Shown here: positions 1-12,500 of the stretch, piece by piece
Layout: each line of letters opens with the position of its first letter
How positions within the stretch are numbered: position 1 is the first letter of the stretch
NCBI RefSeq assembly: GCF_004010195.1
Contig: NC_057718.1
Location: 50,439,380-50,503,379, forward strand
Origin: Chiloscyllium plagiosum
Taxonomy: Eukaryota
Direction: 5' to 3'
DNA length: 64,000 nt
Position numbers and translations under genes: made by a program
The notes under the pieces: model-generated
Told to the model about the DNA's origin: nothing
What the model saw: the letters and a program-made list of their open reading frames with translations, nothing else
Databases searched by the model: none

Positions 1-90
1 TGAAGGATTTGAACCCTGTTCCCTAGAACATTATCTGGATCTCTGGATTAACAGTCCAGTGATAATACCACTAGTCTATCACCTCCCCCT
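1..90 (-). mobile_element. 5' head of tRNA-derived SINE (same family as 37335-37793)
   Basis: Reverse-strand B-box-like GGTTCAAATCC and similarity to 37710-37793 (ctggattaatagtc..taataccactagg..cctccc). Confidence 0.55.
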
Positions 91-515
91 GCTTCTGCTT
101 ATTTTCTTGTAGGAGAATGGGCATGAATGATGAATGAGGACAAAATTGTATTCAGTCATGATATTCCTGTCATCAAATTCCTTAGAAACTCTCATTATTT
201 AGAATGAATAGAGATTATGCTACTTGCATAAATTAGCAGTGGCTTGAGTCCTTAGAATTATACTCCAGAATAAATCATCAAAGTAAAGAGGAATAAGGAA
301 GAAAATTAGGGATATATGCAAACTTGAAAAAGTACTTTACACTGACCTGGAACTGGTTTTAAGAAGATATGTGGCCTGACACAGGTTGCAGTGTTTCTTT
401 CATATGGAAATTACATCACCTGAGCATCTCAGTTAGATATGGTGCCTAACGCTGAGATGTCACTGGATTGGGAAATATGGGCTCTGAGTTTTTTTTTGTT
501 CACCACTTCATAGTA

Positions 516-731
516 CAATCGGTTCTGCTATAACGTATTTCTTCAATGTGAATTAGCCTTAACGTGATTTCAGAATTTAAACTGTTATTTGTAGAATTTG
601 AACTTTCTTTGCCTGTATTGGCTGTAACGTGATTCTGGCCCATTAATTTAAATGATGTGGCTACTGCTTTATTTTCTTATTATGTGAGATTGCATGAGAA
701 CAGAACTATCACATTATATCAGAACCAACTG
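516..731. mobile_element. Tc1/mariner (Tigger/pogo-like) MITE
   Basis: Imperfect TIRs CAATCGGTTCTGCTATAA / TTATATCAGAACCAACTG flanked by TA at 514-515 and 732-733. Confidence 0.7.
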
Positions 732-785
732 TATATGATTTTGGAAAATCAATATAGTGCGCTACAAAATCACTGCCTCAGCGAG

Positions 786-1414
786 TGTTATAGGCCTGAC
801 CAGCTGCTCAAAATATATTAAGAAGGTAGAATTGACCCTAACTTTTTCTTATTTTAAATGTAAATGTGAAATGCTGTGTTCCAGATGCAATTTGATTTGT
901 CAAACTACTCAATGTTAAGCAAAACACAATTTATTCAAACACTACAGTTAAAATACAGCACAAGAAAGAGGAACTTGGAATATCTTAACTCTATTGAAAA
1001 ACTTGACAGAATCATAGCTTATTTTACTACTAAACAGTAACTATTCCAATATTGTAACATCCCATAAACACACCCTTGGCAAAAGGCAAAGTCAGAAAAC
1101 AGAGTTGTCTCACATGCAACTACAACAGTTCAGGAGGAAAAACATCTACAGAAAAATCACCCAGAGAGAGATTCACTGCCTTTCAATCCTGCTGAGACCC
1201 CAGCAACAACTGCTGAAAGCTAACTAAAAATTCTGCATCTGTGAGAGCTTGACCACACCCACTCTATTGCTTCTATCGTCCCAAATGTTTTAAAAAGTCC
1301 AAGGCATTGAAAGTTGTTTATCTTCTTATAGACTACTTGGAACCTGTCCTCCAATCTGTCTCTCAAAGAAACCAAGAGAAAACATACCTCTTAAAACCAC
1401 AGCATCATCATACA
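786..1414 (-). mobile_element. Probable solo LTR
   Basis: TG...CA ends. Left end TGTTATAGGCCTGACCAG resembles the reverse complement of the right end of 35386-36142. AATAAA on the minus strand near 930. No clear TSD. Confidence 0.5.
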
Positions 1415-1732
1415 AGATAATATATGTTTCCTTGTTCTTATTTGCAGCCATCAGAGAAATGTTGCTTCTAGGAATGGAACTATCTTCTCCTTTGCACAAA
1501 TAATGTCTACATGAAACATTCTGTAGGTTAGCTAGTACATTGTAGATTTGGAATCATGTTAATTCATGCCAAAAATGCCAACTCACCACACATCAGAACA
1601 GTATCAATCTAGTTTCTATATTTTTTCTTATATTTACTTCATTCTAATTCTTAGGACATTGTCAATCATGCTGTGATTCTTTTTGCCACATGTATAGGAA
1701 GGAGAGCAGACATTGGATACCAGACCGGTTAA

Positions 1733-1856
1733 AAACAACGACTGCAGATGCTGGAAACCAGAGTCTAGATTAGAGTGGTGCTGGAAAAGCACAGCATTTC
1801 AGGCAGCATCCATGGAACAGTAAAATCGATGTTTCGGGCAAAAGCCCTTCAGGAAT
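1733..1856 (-). mobile_element. Solo PLE terminal repeat (family A variant)
   Basis: actgcagatgctgg...gtgctggaaaagcacagc...atcgatgtttcgggcaaaagcccttcaggaat matches the terminal repeat at 53077-53202. Confidence 0.8.
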
Positions 1857-1879
1857 ACCAGACTGTCAAAACTGAAAAC

Positions 1880-2190
1880 ATTCCTGGGGTCGGGGAGTCC
1901 AGAACTAGAGAGCATAGGTTGAGGTTGAGAGGTGAAAGATATAAAAGAGACCTAAGGGGCAACGTTTTTACACAGAGGGTGGTACATGTATGGAATGAGC
2001 TGCCAAAGGAAGTGGTGGAGGCTGGTACAATTGCAACATTTAAGAGGCATTTGGATGGGTATATGAATAGGAAGGGTTTGGAGGGAAATGGGTCAGGTGC
2101 TGGCAGGTGGGACTGGATTGGGTTGGGATATCTGGTCGGCATGGATGGGTTGGACTGAAGGGTACATCCCTATGACTCTATGACTCTATG
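1880..2190 (+). mobile_element. CR1 LINE 3' end (young family)
   Basis: Encodes the CR1 C-terminus (ESRTREH..FTQRVVHVWNELP..FKRHLD), ends in (ATGACTCT)n, and is nearly identical to 36733-37058. Confidence 0.9.
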
Positions 2191-2334
2191 TAGGCCAGCA
2201 GAGGAAATCAACAATCAGGATGAAGTGAAAGCCATATTTCAGATTCAAAAAGGCTTAATCCTAGTCTAAAGTTGTACTGAGGCAGTAGTATAAATTAGCA
2301 TATAACATTGCAACAGGTTCCATTGCAAATATGA

Positions 2335-2650
2335 ATGAACATGTATTTATAAAGTACCTTTCATATCCTCATATGATTGCAAACCACATCTCAATGAATT
2401 GCGTGTACTTATTGCTTTAATGCAGTCAAATGCAACAAATCTGTTATTTTTATTATGCCATTTGATGCACAAATGATTGCTAGGACAGATTGAGAAAACT
2501 TCACTGCTGTTGATTTCACTGTACTGTGAGATATTTTACACCATCTCAGTATTGTACTGGAGTAGCAGCTTAATGTATGTGCTCACATCTCTAGTTAAAC
2601 CTACAAACTTCTGATTTAGAAGCCAGAACGCAATAACCAACACTGGCCTT
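2335..2650 (-). mobile_element. Highly decayed DeuSINE (SacSINE-like) relic
   Basis: Weak similarity to the reverse complement of the Deu core and tail; similar to 40420-40960. Confidence 0.4.
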
Positions 2651-3029
2651 GATCACAAAATTTCCAAACAAAGATTTGGAGGCAATGCTATCCTGTCTGA
2701 CAAATGCTCACCTCCAAGTCTACTTTCTCCAGTTTGGAAGATAGATAAGTCAGACTTCTCCAATGCTGCTTCTTTTTGTCTTATGCAAGACAGAGATTTA
2801 ATATTGTAACTTTGTTAAAGTTATTCTGCAGTGAAAATTAATCAGTATGGCTTGAAAGAGGAAATTAGACAATTGGAAATCCAGAAGAAGAAGCAAGCCT
2901 GAAGACTGGGAGTATTTTGATCAAGTGGGCAAAATAGAATGAGAGTATAACTGCAAGGAACATAGAAACTGAACACACCTATAATTATGTGAAGAAAAAG
3001 AATGCGTAAAGATAAATGTAGTTCCCATA

Positions 3030-3270
3030 CTGTCAGAAGGTAGGGTATTCAAGAACAGCTTCTTCCCCTTTGTAATTGGAGTTGTAAATTAACTTCTCAA
3101 ATTTTAAATCTAATGTTGATATTGCTCTCTGTGTGCCTTCTCTGCATCTGTAACATTGTATTCTTTGCTCTATTATTTTATCCTATGCACTTTATATGGT
3201 ATGATCTGCCTGTACTGCCCACAAAACAAAACTTTTCATTGTACCAATGATAAATCAAATCAAATCAATA
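3030..3270 (+). mobile_element. Rex1/Babar-type LINE 3' end
   Basis: TTCAAGAACAGCTTCTTCCCC (FKNSFFP), 3' UTR and (AAATC)n tail; paralog at 47440-47735. Confidence 0.7.
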
Positions 3271-4660
3271 GCAGAAAAAATGCTGGAGTCTATTACAAAA
3301 GATGTAACAACAGAATATTTGGAAAGCATTAACAGGATTAGACAAAGTTACCATAGGTTTATAAAAGAGAAATCATATTTAATAAATCTACTGGAGTTGT
3401 CTCACAGGTGTATCCATGGCATTAGATAAGGGACAACCAATGGATGTGGTGTATTTGGATTTTCAGAAGTCTTCTGGTAGGGTCCCTCATAAGAGGTTAG
3501 TAGGCAAAGTGAAAACACGTGGAATAGGGGCTACATATTAGATCATAAGACATTGGAGCAGAATTAGGCCATTTGGTTTATCGAGTCTGCTCTACCATTT
3601 CATCATGGCTGTTACGAGTATGGATCAAGAATTTGTTGACAGACAGGAAACAGAGATAGTGGGAATAAATAGGGCTTTTTTTCTGAGTGGCAGGTCATGA
3701 CTAGTGGAGTACCATAATGATCATTATTTGGGCCCCAGAACATGGTCTGAATGAGGGAACCAAATGCAACATTTTCAAATTTGCTGATGACACAAAACTG
3801 AGTGAGAGTCTGAGGAGGAAGTAAGGGAGCTTCTGGGTGATGTAGTTGAGTGATTGGGTAAACACATGGCAGGGTAAAACAGTGTGACAAATGTGAGGTT
3901 ATACATTTCAGTGTAAAAACAGAAAGTAAGAATATTATTTAAATGGTGATATATTGGGAAGTCTGGATGTATAAATGGATCAGGGTGTGTTTACATATGT
4001 GTCAATGAACGTAATCAGGCAGGTGATACAAGCAATGAGGAAGGCATTGGTCTTCATTGCAAACACTTTGAGTTCAGAAATATTGATGTCTTACTGCAGT
4101 CATAGACGGCCTTGATAAGACCACACCTGGTGTACTATGTGCAGATTGGTCTCTCTACAAAGGAAAGAACATACTTTTCAAATAGGGAGCAGAGTAGCTG
4201 TTCACTAGTTTGATACCAGGGATGGCAGAACTGTTTTACTAGGAGAAATTGTTTTGACCGGGCCTCCATTCAATTGTGTATAGAAAGATGAGAAGGGATC
4301 TGATTGAAATGTATAAAATTCTAATAGTGCTGAACCAACTAGTTATAGGGAGTATATCTTCCCTGGTTGGAAAATCCAGAACAAGGGGATGGTCTCAGGT
4401 ACAAGGTAAGTTATTTATTTAAGACTTAGATTAGAAAAAATTTCTTCACACAAAGTTGGTGAACCTATGGAATTCTCAACCTACGTCATTGAATATATTC
4501 AAGAAAAGGATCGATACATTTCAAGATTTTGAAGGCATTAAGGGTTGTGGGGGAAAGAGGGAATATGACACTGAGATAGAGAATCAGCCATGATTCTATT
4601 GAGTGGCAGAGCAGAATTGAAGGGGCAAATGACCTACTCCTACTTCCAATTTCTATGTTT
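3270..4660 (+). mobile_element. Decayed CR1 ORF2 (RT to 3' tail)
   Basis: Remnants of VDVVYLDFQK, KFADDTKL and RPHL motifs; ends in TTCTATGTTTCT; small inverted CR1-tail fragment at 3540-3610. Confidence 0.8.
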
Positions 4661-4719
4661 CTACCTGGTTCCAACAAAGGTACTGTCTCTGCTAATGAAA
4701 TAGTTGTAGAGTTTCATTT

Positions 4720-6150
4720 TAGCTGTTTCGCTTTGTTGGCCATTCCTATTTGCCTTTGTGAAAACAATGGTGAGTTGCCTTCTTCAACCATTGTGCTATG
4801 ATTAGGGAGGATTTTGACCTAGTGAATGTGAAGAAATGGTAATATAGTTCAAATTAGGATGGCGTGTGGCTTGGATGGAAACTTGCAGGATTCAGTGTCC
4901 CCATGCATCTCTCTCCTCTGGTCCGTCCAGATGGTAAAATGTACTGTTAACGAAGGCTTGGGAGTTGCACACTGCTGCCATAATTCATCAATGGTGGTGG
5001 AAGTGAATGTTTACAGTGGTATATAGGATACTGGTTAAGCATGCTGAATTGTCTTGGATTGTGTCAAGCTGATTGAGTATTTTTGGAACCATTCTCAATT
5101 TAAAGAAGTGAATTCCATCTTATTCTTAATTTGTGGTTTTTTAAATGATGGAAAAACTTTGGGTTTCCAGAAAAAAAGTCAATTGTCACAGAAATCCTAT
5201 CATCTGATCTACTTTAGAAGCCAGAGTACTTAATTGGTTGGTCAAATTCAGTTTGTGGTCAATTATTCACCCATGATGCTGATGATGGGGGATTCGGTGA
5301 TGGTAGTTCTATTTAATTTCAAGGGGAGAGTGTTATATTATCTCTTGTTGGATATGGTCATTACCTATCATAATTGTCAATGTCACTTAGCAGTCCAAGT
5401 TTGAGACTTTTGCTGTACATGGGTATAAACTGTGCAGTATCTGACAAATTGCTAATGATCCCCCACATATTGCAATCATCAGCCAATTTGCACCTTATGT
5501 TAGAAAGAAGGCCTTTGATGTCATCAGCAACCAAAACACTTTTCGTGACGAAATCGATACACCCTGCCTAATCAAATACTGCTTTCATTTTAATGGCAAT
5601 CACTCTTGGCTCAGAAACTCAGCTTTTATGTCAATGTTTGGGCTAAGGGGCTTTAAGGAGATCTGGAACCAAGTGACCCTGGAAAGAACCAAATAAGTCA
5701 GGTGAGCAGGTTATTGCTGAGTAAGTGGTACTTGGTAACACTCTCAATGACATCTTCCATCTGTTTGGTAACGATTGAGAGTAGACTGATTGTGCAGTAA
5801 TTGGTTGATTGGATTTGCCCTGTTTTCTGTAGAACCATAACTTGTGGGCAATTTTCACATATATTGTTGGGCAGATAGTTGTATATTAGCTCTACTAAAC
5901 CAGTTTGGTCATGCGTTCCACTACTTTTGGAGTGCAAGATTTGGGTACTCAAGCTGAAATGCTGTTAAGGTCCATAGGTTTTGCTCTATCCAGTACCTTC
6001 AGCTATTTCTTGATATTCATTGTAAATAATCAATCTATTTGGGGACTAGAATCTTTGATACTGGGGACCTAAAAAGGAGACAAGATGGAGCATTGAGTCA
6101 GCACTTTTGCCTGAATATGATAGTAAATGCTTCTGTATTGCCTTCTGCCA
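4720..6150 (-). mobile_element. Decayed CR1/L2-group LINE (family B)
   Basis: Minus-strand remnants (NYCTISLLSIVTK..HLLSNNLLT..FGSFQGH; FVADD) homologous to 17540-19880. Confidence 0.7.
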
Positions 6151-6697
6151 GGATTGAAGAATTTCAAGCAAGAGTTGTGTTGAGCATGAATCAGGATTTC
6201 ACAAAAATCATTATGCTGGAACTTGGCCTCACCTGCAAAACTGAATATATCCTCATTTAGAATAATCACCATACCAAGTGTCATTTAATTTTACCCATCA
6301 GTAGGTGCTGAGGATGTTCTCAAAATAAAGCGGATACTTCCTCGGTGAGGATCGAGTTAGATTAGTTGATTAAACAGCTGACATGTAGATCAGAATAATG
6401 CCGAAGGAACCAAGTTCAATCCCCACTCTAGATAAGCCTTAGGGACTGCCTTTCATCCTACATGTAGTAAAATATCACATCACAGAGCCATGGTTTGGCA
6501 ATTAATTTCTTACAGGCAGTGACTAGATATCTTTTGAAAATTTTCAAATGTTGAAACATATTTAGTTTACCAAGAAACTGACTGCGCCAATGAAACTAGT
6601 AAATCAATTATAAAGACTAATAAGAAATTTCAGTTATTTAGAATCAGGAAATGATTAGACAATCTTTTTGTAATCGGCTGGTTTTCGAATGTAATAG

Positions 6698-6903
6698 GAG
6701 AAAGTGAGGACTGCAGATGCTGGAGATCAGAGCTGAAAATGTGTTGCTGGAAAAGCGCAGCAGGTCAGGCTACATCCAAGGAGCAGGAGAATTGATGTTT
6801 TGGACATGAGCACAGACTCCTGAAGAAGGGCTCATGCCCGAAACATCAATTCTCCTACTCCTTGGATGCTGCCTGACCTGCTGCGCTTTTCCAGCAACAC
6901 AGA
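6698..6903. mobile_element. Palindromic mini-PLE (family A)
   Basis: Tail plus inverted arms; TSD TTCGA(A/T)TGTAATAG at 6684-6697 and 6904-6917. Confidence 0.9.
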
Positions 6904-7059
6904 TTCGATTGTAATAGTCATGTTCAATGATTAGATTGATCAGCATTCAATGAATTCAGTGCTTGCTGATGACAGTATTGCAAATGGAACATAAGCAGTT
7001 ATCCTTTAAGCACCACAACACTGCTTTTGCATTGTGCCCATTAAGGACATTTGCTTGTT

Positions 7060-7500
7060 GTTGTAATGAAACAACAATCATGCAAAGCAATCTGGTATCC
7101 AACAAAGAAGAGCTCATTAAAAACTGTGTGTCCTATACATGCAGTGAGAAAGCAGTCAAATAAAGCTCTGCATGGCTACAACCAATCCCATGTCTGACAA
7201 AACTGTGGTCACAATTCCATGTTGGTATACTTGAAAGGTGTGAGTAGCATTGAAGAAAACTATGTTTTCTACCTATTGTTCAATATCTGTGTAACAAATG
7301 GTTAGAAATCACAGGAATAAATTTTATAACAACCACTTCAGTCATTGACATTTTAGACGAGTTGTTTAAAAGTTGGAGTTTGCCAAAGACTATCACTATA
7401 AACAATGACCACAATCCATTTCTTGTCAGTTCATGCAATTCCATGCTAGTCAACAACTGATATTGAGCTACAACCTATATTGGAATGATGGCACTGAACT
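7060..7500 (+). pseudogene. Ty3/Gypsy integrase relic
   Basis: Frameshifted remnants resembling WYP..EELIKNC, LQPIP..W and LPKTITINND (cf. GLPxxIVTDNGPQF). Confidence 0.5.
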
Positions 7501-8139
7501 AGAAAGGATAGTCTGAGAGCTAATCCTACTTTCTACATTCACCCCAAACTCTTTGGTTGGAAAGATACAAGTCAAACTTAAGATAGCTTCTAACTTTTGC
7601 ATGGCACTGATAATTCTTAAGCCATTACCACCAATTTATGATAATGCCAGCAATAGCAGATGAAACCACAAAGTGACAAGGTGAAGCAAAAAGCTATCTT
7701 GATAAATGCACAGACTCAAGGGAAGTGCAATTTGACTTTGGAGATGGAATTTGAATCCAATGACCAAATTGAAACCAGAGATTTGAATCTATTGTCTCAG
7801 GTCCAAAGTAGATCAAGACTTTGCCAACTGAACCTGCCTATTATTCTTAAAAGAGTCTAAACTGGGATTCCTAAGTCTCTTTGTGCTTCAGATTTCTGAA
7901 GCCTTTCCTCATTTAGAAAATATTCAATACCTTTATTTTTCCTACCAAAGTATATAACCTCACACTTTCCCACATTGTATTCCATCTGCCACTTGTTTGC
8001 CCACTCTCCTATATTGTTCAAGTCCTTTTGCAGCTTCCCCAATTCCTCAACACTACCCATCCCTTCACCTACCTTTGTGACATCTGCAAATGCAAACTTA
8101 GCGACAATGGTATCAGCTCCTTTGTCCAGATCATTATAG

Positions 8140-8438
8140 TTTAGATTACTTACAGTGTGGAAACAGGCCCTTCGGCCCAACAAGTCCACACTGACCTGCC
8201 GAAGCGCAACCCACCCAGACCCATTCCCCTATGTTTACCCCTTCACCTAACACTATAGGCAATTTAGCATGGCCAATTCACCTGACCTGCACATCTTTGG
8301 ACTGTGGGAGGAAACCGGAGCAAACCCACGCAGACACGGGGAGAATGTGCAAACTCCACACAGTCAGTCGCCTGAGGCAGGGGAATTGAACCCGGGTCTC
8401 TGGTACTGTGAGGCAGCAGTGCTAACCACCGTGCCACC
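8140..8438 (-). mobile_element. HE1-type V-SINE
   Basis: Reverse complement of GGCACGGTGGTTAGCACTGCTGCCTC..GGTTCAATTCC, V-domain and GTAATCTAA tail. Confidence 0.9.
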
Positions 8439-9577
8439 CACAGAGACTCCTACAGAATTCTATTTATCACCAGATACTGTCCTGAAAAAGATTTCTTTAT
8501 TCCAAATCCCTGTTTTCTGCCAGTCAGCAAATCCTCTATCCATGACAATACCTTGCTCCTTTGGGCTCTCATCTTTGTTAGCAGCCTCTAATCTGGCACC
8601 TTGTCAAAAGCCTTCTAGAAATCCAAATTGACCATGTCCACTTGCTCTGCTTTACCTCCTCTACGAATTGTTAAAGATTTGTCAGGCATGACCTCACTTT
8701 GACAAAGCCATGCTGACTCAGCCTATTTTACTAAATACTCCAGAAGCTCATTCTTAATAATGGACACTAACCAGCCTGTAATTTCTGTCTTCTACCTCCT
8801 CCCTCTTTTTTAAACAGGTTTGTTATATTAGCCATTTTCCGGTCCTCTGGGACCCTCCCTGACTCCAGTGATACTTGAAAGGACACCACCAATGTCTCTG
8901 CCATCTCATCAGCTATCTCATTCAGAGCTCTGCAGTGTAGTTCATCTAGTCCATTTATTCACCTTCAGTCCTTTTGGCTTCCCCAGGACCTTCTCCTTAG
9001 TGATTGTCATGACATTCACCTCTGCTGCCTGACTCTCTCTTGAAGTTCTGATATGCTACTAGTATCTTCTACTGTGAAAACTGATGCAAAGTCTCAATTC
9101 AGTTCTTACACCATTTATCCCCATTACTACTTCTTCAGCCTCTTTTTCCATTCGGTCAAAGCTCATTCTTGCCTCTCTCTTACCTTTTATTTGCCTAAAA
9201 ACTTCTAGCAACCTTCTTGTATATTACTGATTAGCTTACTCTCATATTTCATTATCTCCCCTCTTATTACATGTATTGTTATCTTCTGCTGTTTTCTTTA
9301 TCACCTACATCCCTCCCTTGCCATTGCTACTCCAACCATTTACTCTATTGGGCTCCTCTTCCAATCAACTCTGGCCAGCTTCACCCTCATGTCTTTGACG
9401 TTACCTTTGCTCAATTGTAATACTATTACATCTGATTCCAGCTTCTCCCCCACAAACTGCAGGGTGAATCTATCATATTATGGTGCTGCCCCCTAGGAGT
9501 TCCTTCACCGCAAGCTCTCTAGTCAATTCTCGTTTAATACCCATCACCAAATCCAGAATTGCCTGTTCCCTACTAGG

Positions 9578-9788
9578 GAGTGTAGTGCTTGAAAAGCACG
9601 GCTGGTCAGGCAGCATCTGAGGAACAGGAGAATCGACTTTTCAGGCATAAGCTCTTCATTATTCCTGATGAAGGCCTTACGGCCGAAATGTCGATTCTCC
9701 TGCTCCTCGGATGCTGCCTGACCTGCTGTGCTTTTCCAGCACCACACTCTCAACTCTGATCTCCAGCATCTGCAATCCTCACTTTCTC
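9578..9788. mobile_element. Palindromic mini-PLE (family A)
   Basis: Inverted arms centred near 9660; right-side tail TCTGATCTCCAGCATCTGCAATCCTCACTTTCTC. Confidence 0.9.
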
Positions 9789-10269
9789 TTATTCCTTAGT
9801 GAGCTCTACTACAAGCTGCTCCAAAAAAAAAAATCATGTAGGCATTCAACAAGTTCCTTTACTTCAGATTGCCACCAATCTGATTTTCCCATTCTAGCTA
9901 TATATTGAAGCTCTGTATGATTAGTGTAATAGTGCCTTTCTTACATGCCTTTTCTACCTCCTGATTTATTTTCTGCCCCACATCCTGACTACTGCTAAGA
10001 GGTCTTCTTCCCTTTGTAGTTCCTCAACTCCACCCACACAGGTTCTATACCTTCTGTCCCTATACCACTTCTTGCTATCTATTTATTTTTGTTTCTTCCC
10101 ATCAAGATAATGAAAACGTAAGCTCAAAAAATGTCCATTTGTGCTGATCATGGATAATTTTATATTTGTTTTCATGTAAATGCTTTTGAGCATAAATATG
10201 GACTATAGAATCAAGTCAACATTTTTGTTCAGTTTGCACCCAAATTGTAGACTGCCCTCAAAATGATGA

Positions 10270-10820
10270 TTTGGGGATGCCAGTGTTGGACTGGGGTGTA
10301 CAAAGTTAAAAGTCACACAACACCAGGTTATTGTCCAACAGGTTTAATTGGAGGCACCAGCTTTCGGAACGCTGCTCCTTCATCAGGTGGTTGTGGAGTA
10401 CACAATTGTAAGACACAGAATTTATAGCAAAAGTTTACAGTGTGGTGTAACTGAAATTATACATTGAAAAATACCTTGATTGTTTGTTAAGTCACTCATC
10501 TGTTAGAATAACCACAAAACATTTTTAAAAAGTTACATTCTCAGGTTAACTTTAGCAATTGGTGTCAGCCCAGATAATGTGTTGAAAGTGTTAGCCTCCT
10601 GTGTGCTGCTGTCTGATGCTAATCTAAAAAAATGAGTGAACAGGGTCTTACATGGATTCATGCAGTTTTTGTGCAAAGTACAATGTAACTCTGCAAGTAC
10701 AAATTCACCCCACAAATGTATATGTGTACATGTGCATGTCGAATATCCTGGACCGCTTAAGTGTTCCCCACTGGGAGGGAACATTCCTGTCGATTGTTGT
10801 GCAGTGCCCATTCATCCAGC
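10270..10820 (-). mobile_element. PLE 3' end (family D), with GIY-YIG C-terminal remnant and hammerhead motif
   Basis: Minus strand RMNGH..GEHLSGPG; hammerhead motif at 10355-10389 with cleavage base mutated to G; paralog at 21265-21490. Confidence 0.75.
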
Positions 10821-10965
10821 CCTCAAAATGATACTCTACCCCAGAAACATTTTAAATATCTAATATTATGCTAACCTTAATACTTCACTAATTGACATTT
10901 AATATCACGGAAAGCATACTCACCATGAATAAGTACTAATTGTTATATGTGTAAGAAGAGAGACG

Positions 10966-11270
10966 TGAATGACGACAGCTGCTGTATGGTTTTGAAATTA
11001 AGTTGATGTAATTTTAATAAGTGTTTTATTGGAACAGTATATTATTATAGAGTTGGAGGCAGACAATAATAGAAAGGGGGGCTTTGATTTGTGAATATTT
11101 GTTGTTTAATGTTCACTCTTAGAGTTAAGGAATAAATAGATATTATTCTCTTTAAATAGTGTAATTTGGGAGTTCTGTGTCACTCATATTTTAACAGATT
11201 ATGAGACAAGGTGGGCCTTTCTGGGTGTAATTTATGGGGGGGGAGGGGGGTTCACCACTGTGTCGTAACA
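10966..11270 (+). mobile_element. Possible short solo LTR
   Basis: Ends GTCGTAACA, AATAAA near 11131, begins TGAATGACGAC. Confidence 0.4.
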
Positions 11271-11271
11271 A

Positions 11272-12500
11272 TAGTGTCCTATGCCCAACAATCTCCAGCT
11301 GCTCCATCAGTGGTCTTCTCTTCATCATAAGGTCATATATTTTTGCTGATGATTGCGCAATGGTCAACACCATTTTGCAACTTCACAGATTTCAAAGCAG
11401 TCAATGTCCAAACGCAATATGATCTGGAAAATATCAAGGCTTGGGCTGACAGTGGCAAGCAACACTAACACCACACAAAGGCCACACAATGATCATTTCC
11501 AATAATAGATGATCTAACCATCCCTTCATATTCAATAGTGTTACCATCACTAAATCTCCCACAATCAAAATCCTGAAGGTTAACATTGATTAGAAACTCA
11601 GCTGGACTACTCCACAAACACAGTGGCTGCAAGAATAGGTCAGACGCTAGGAGTACTGCAGCAAGCAACTCACCTCCTGAATTCCCAAATCCTGTTCACC
11701 ATCCACAAGGCATACAGAGTATGATGGAATACCACCCACCCTCCTATATGGGATCAGTTCCAAAGCACTCAAGAAGCTTGACACCATCCAGGACAAAGCA
11801 ACCTGCTTGATAAACAGCGGCACGGTGGCACAGTGGTTAGCACTGTTGCCTCACAGCGCCAGAGTCCCGGGTTCAATTCCTGCCTTGGGCAACTGTCTGT
11901 GTGGAGTTTGCACATTCTCCCCGTGTCTGCATGGGTTTCCTCTGGGTGCTCCAGTTTCCTCCCACAGTCCAAAGATGTGCACGTTAGGTGAATTGGCCAT
12001 GCTAAATTGCCCGTAGTGTTAGGTGAAGGGGTAAATGTAGGGGAATGGGTTTGGGTGGGGTGCTCTTCGGAGGGTCAGTTTGGACTTGTTGGGCCGAAGG
12101 GCGTGGTTCCACACTGTAAGTAATCTAATCTAATCACATCTACAAGCATCCACTTCCTCCACCACGACAGTCAATAGCAGTTGTGTACAGTATTGACAAG
12201 ATACACTACAGAAAATTGCCAAAGTTCTTCAGACAGCACCTTCCAAATTCTCAAACACTTGCATCAAGAAGGACAAGGCAACACCATCACTGGAAGTTTC
12301 CCTCCAAGCCACTCATTCTTTCATTGTTCCTGGGCCAAAATCCAAGAAATCCCTCCCAAAAGGCAGTGTGGGTCTACCTACAGCACATGGACTCAGTGGT
12401 TCAAGAAGACAGTTCACTGTTATCTCCTAAGGGAAACTAAGGACAGGCAATAAATGCTGTTCAGTCAGCGAGACCCATGTCCCCTGAATGAATAAAAAAT
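11272..12500 (+). mobile_element. CR1/L2-group LINE family B, 3' part
   Basis: SVLCPTI..IFADDCAM RT motif; 3' end GGCAATAAATGCTG...GAATGAATAAAAAA; interrupted by an HE1 SINE. Confidence 0.8.
11817..12134 (+). mobile_element. HE1-type V-SINE (full length)
   Basis: A box TGGCACAGTGG, B box GGTTCAATTCC, V-domain, CR1-like 3' tail and (TAATC)n. Confidence 0.95.

Larger units (their letters stand above)
7860..10100 (-). mobile_element. CR1 ORF2 fragment split by an HE1 SINE and a mini-PLE
   Basis: Minus ORF 7857-8189 contains AKFA..D, WANKWQMEYNVGKCEV and QRDLG; homology continues after the insertions. Confidence 0.8.

Noticed and set aside
1449..1525. Strong acceptor TTCTTATTTGCAG followed by a possible exon
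   Set aside because: All frames stop before the weak GTTAGC donor
1775..2158. 127-aa ORF
   Set aside because: Fusion of a PLE terminal repeat and a CR1 3' fragment
11817..11890. tRNA-like A and B boxes
   Set aside because: SINE head followed by V-domain and LINE-like tail; not a tRNA gene
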